Source: Haliotis rufescens
Lineage: Eukaryota
NCBI RefSeq assembly: GCF_023055435.1
Contig: NW_025964223.1
Location: forward strand, 23,622,001-23,686,000
DNA length: 64,000 bases
Reading direction: 5' to 3'
Positions within the stretch are counted from its first letter, which is position 1; each line of letters opens with the position of its first letter. The notes beneath the pieces were generated by a model. The model did no database searches, had not been told where the DNA came from, and worked only from the letters and a program-made list of their open reading frames with translations. The position numbers and the translations under genes are program-made. Below are positions 63,123 through 64,000 of the stretch, in pieces.

Positions 63123-63550
63123 TTAAGCTTGCTATGGTTGATAATACAGATCCACCTTCAATGTACATCATTCGTTTATCTGCATTTCTTTGTTCCAAGG
63201 GTACATGGGCGGTACACTCACCTGTATATAAAGCGCTGCAAATCGCTATGCAGAGACTCCAATGGTTGTAGGTTCGAATCCCTAGGTCTGATTCGCCACG
63301 ATAATAATTCGCTGGTTGTAGCAATACTGTTATTCGTAGATTTCAACAAAGTGGTAAACCCTACGATCCGAGTCATTTGGTATTTCATCCGACATTATAT
63401 TGACACGTCATGGTATAACTGAGTTACTGTTTAAAACGCCTTTAACCAACAAACGCATTATATTTTGGTAACTTTAGGTATAGAACACCAGCGAATAACC
63501 AGTTATTTGAGGCCTTATGTCTGAAAATGACAGGCACTGGCGACTTCTTC

Positions 63551-63815
63551 ACCCGTGAAGATTCCGGGGTAGAATAGGTCTTCAGCAACCCATGCTTGCC
63601 GTAAAAGGTGACTGTGCTTGTCATAAAAGGCGACTAACGGGATCGGGTGGTCAGGCTCGCTGACTTGGCTGATGCATGTCATCGATCCCAATTGCGTGGA
63701 TCGATGCTCATGATGTTGATCACTGGATTGTCTGGTCCAGACTCGATTATTTACAGACCGCCGTCATATAGCTGGAATATTGCTGAGTGCGGCGTTAAAC
63801 AACAAGCCAACAAAC
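63551..63815 (+). mobile_element. Family B retroposon, full length
   Basis: ACCCGTGAAGA start, AAC-rich tail. Confidence 0.95.
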
Positions 63816-64000
63816 ATCTTCACCGCACTGAAAGCCCCCGAGCCAGAAGTGCTGAAATAAATTTCTTACACGCTTGTGCGTGAGAAACCCATTTGAGATA
63901 ACTGTTAAAGGCGGGAGATGAGCTGCCCCCTAGTGATAACCTCAGGTCATTACTTTCCTGATTTATTGATAAGTCTCCCATGCTTCTCTCGAATCCAGAA

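Noticed and set aside
62753-63324. 172-aa and 124-aa ORFs with ENME repeats
   Set aside because: Open only because of the 30-bp minisatellite.
63647-63883. Recurrent MVRLADL...ITGLSGPDSIIY ORFs as a gene family
   Set aside because: Incidental translations of family B copies with GTG starts and inconsistent frames.

Overview
Eukaryotic, AT-rich, repeat-dense genomic DNA. The SINE repertoire suggests a mollusc, probably a gastropod such as abalone (inference, not verified). One host gene is supported: a 7-coding-exon, 422-aa CHST15/GalNAc4S-6ST-like carbohydrate sulfotransferase on the + strand (21228..36961), rebuilt by hand with GT-AG junctions and consistent phases. The rest is mostly mobile DNA: four SINE-like families (three clearly share one 3' tail), decayed LINEs (I/Nimb-like and RTE-X/L2-like, partly nested), Gypsy, Penelope and Tc1 remnants, two related FLYWCH-MULE elements, Kolobok-, Harbinger- and pogo-like MITEs, and local duplications. 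Three signals stand out. (1) An abundant retroposon (family B) has no tRNA head, a sharply defined 5' end, and folds by eye into two consecutive four-way junctions, the first with a kissing loop; it is a candidate novel ribozyme or structured-RNA module. (2) A TSD-flanked 132-bp Penelope-type insert carries a minimal U3-A8 hammerhead motif. (3) A 74-bp minisatellite has amplified the exon-4 splice donor of the sulfotransferase five times. All structure calls are manual; no folding or database search was run.
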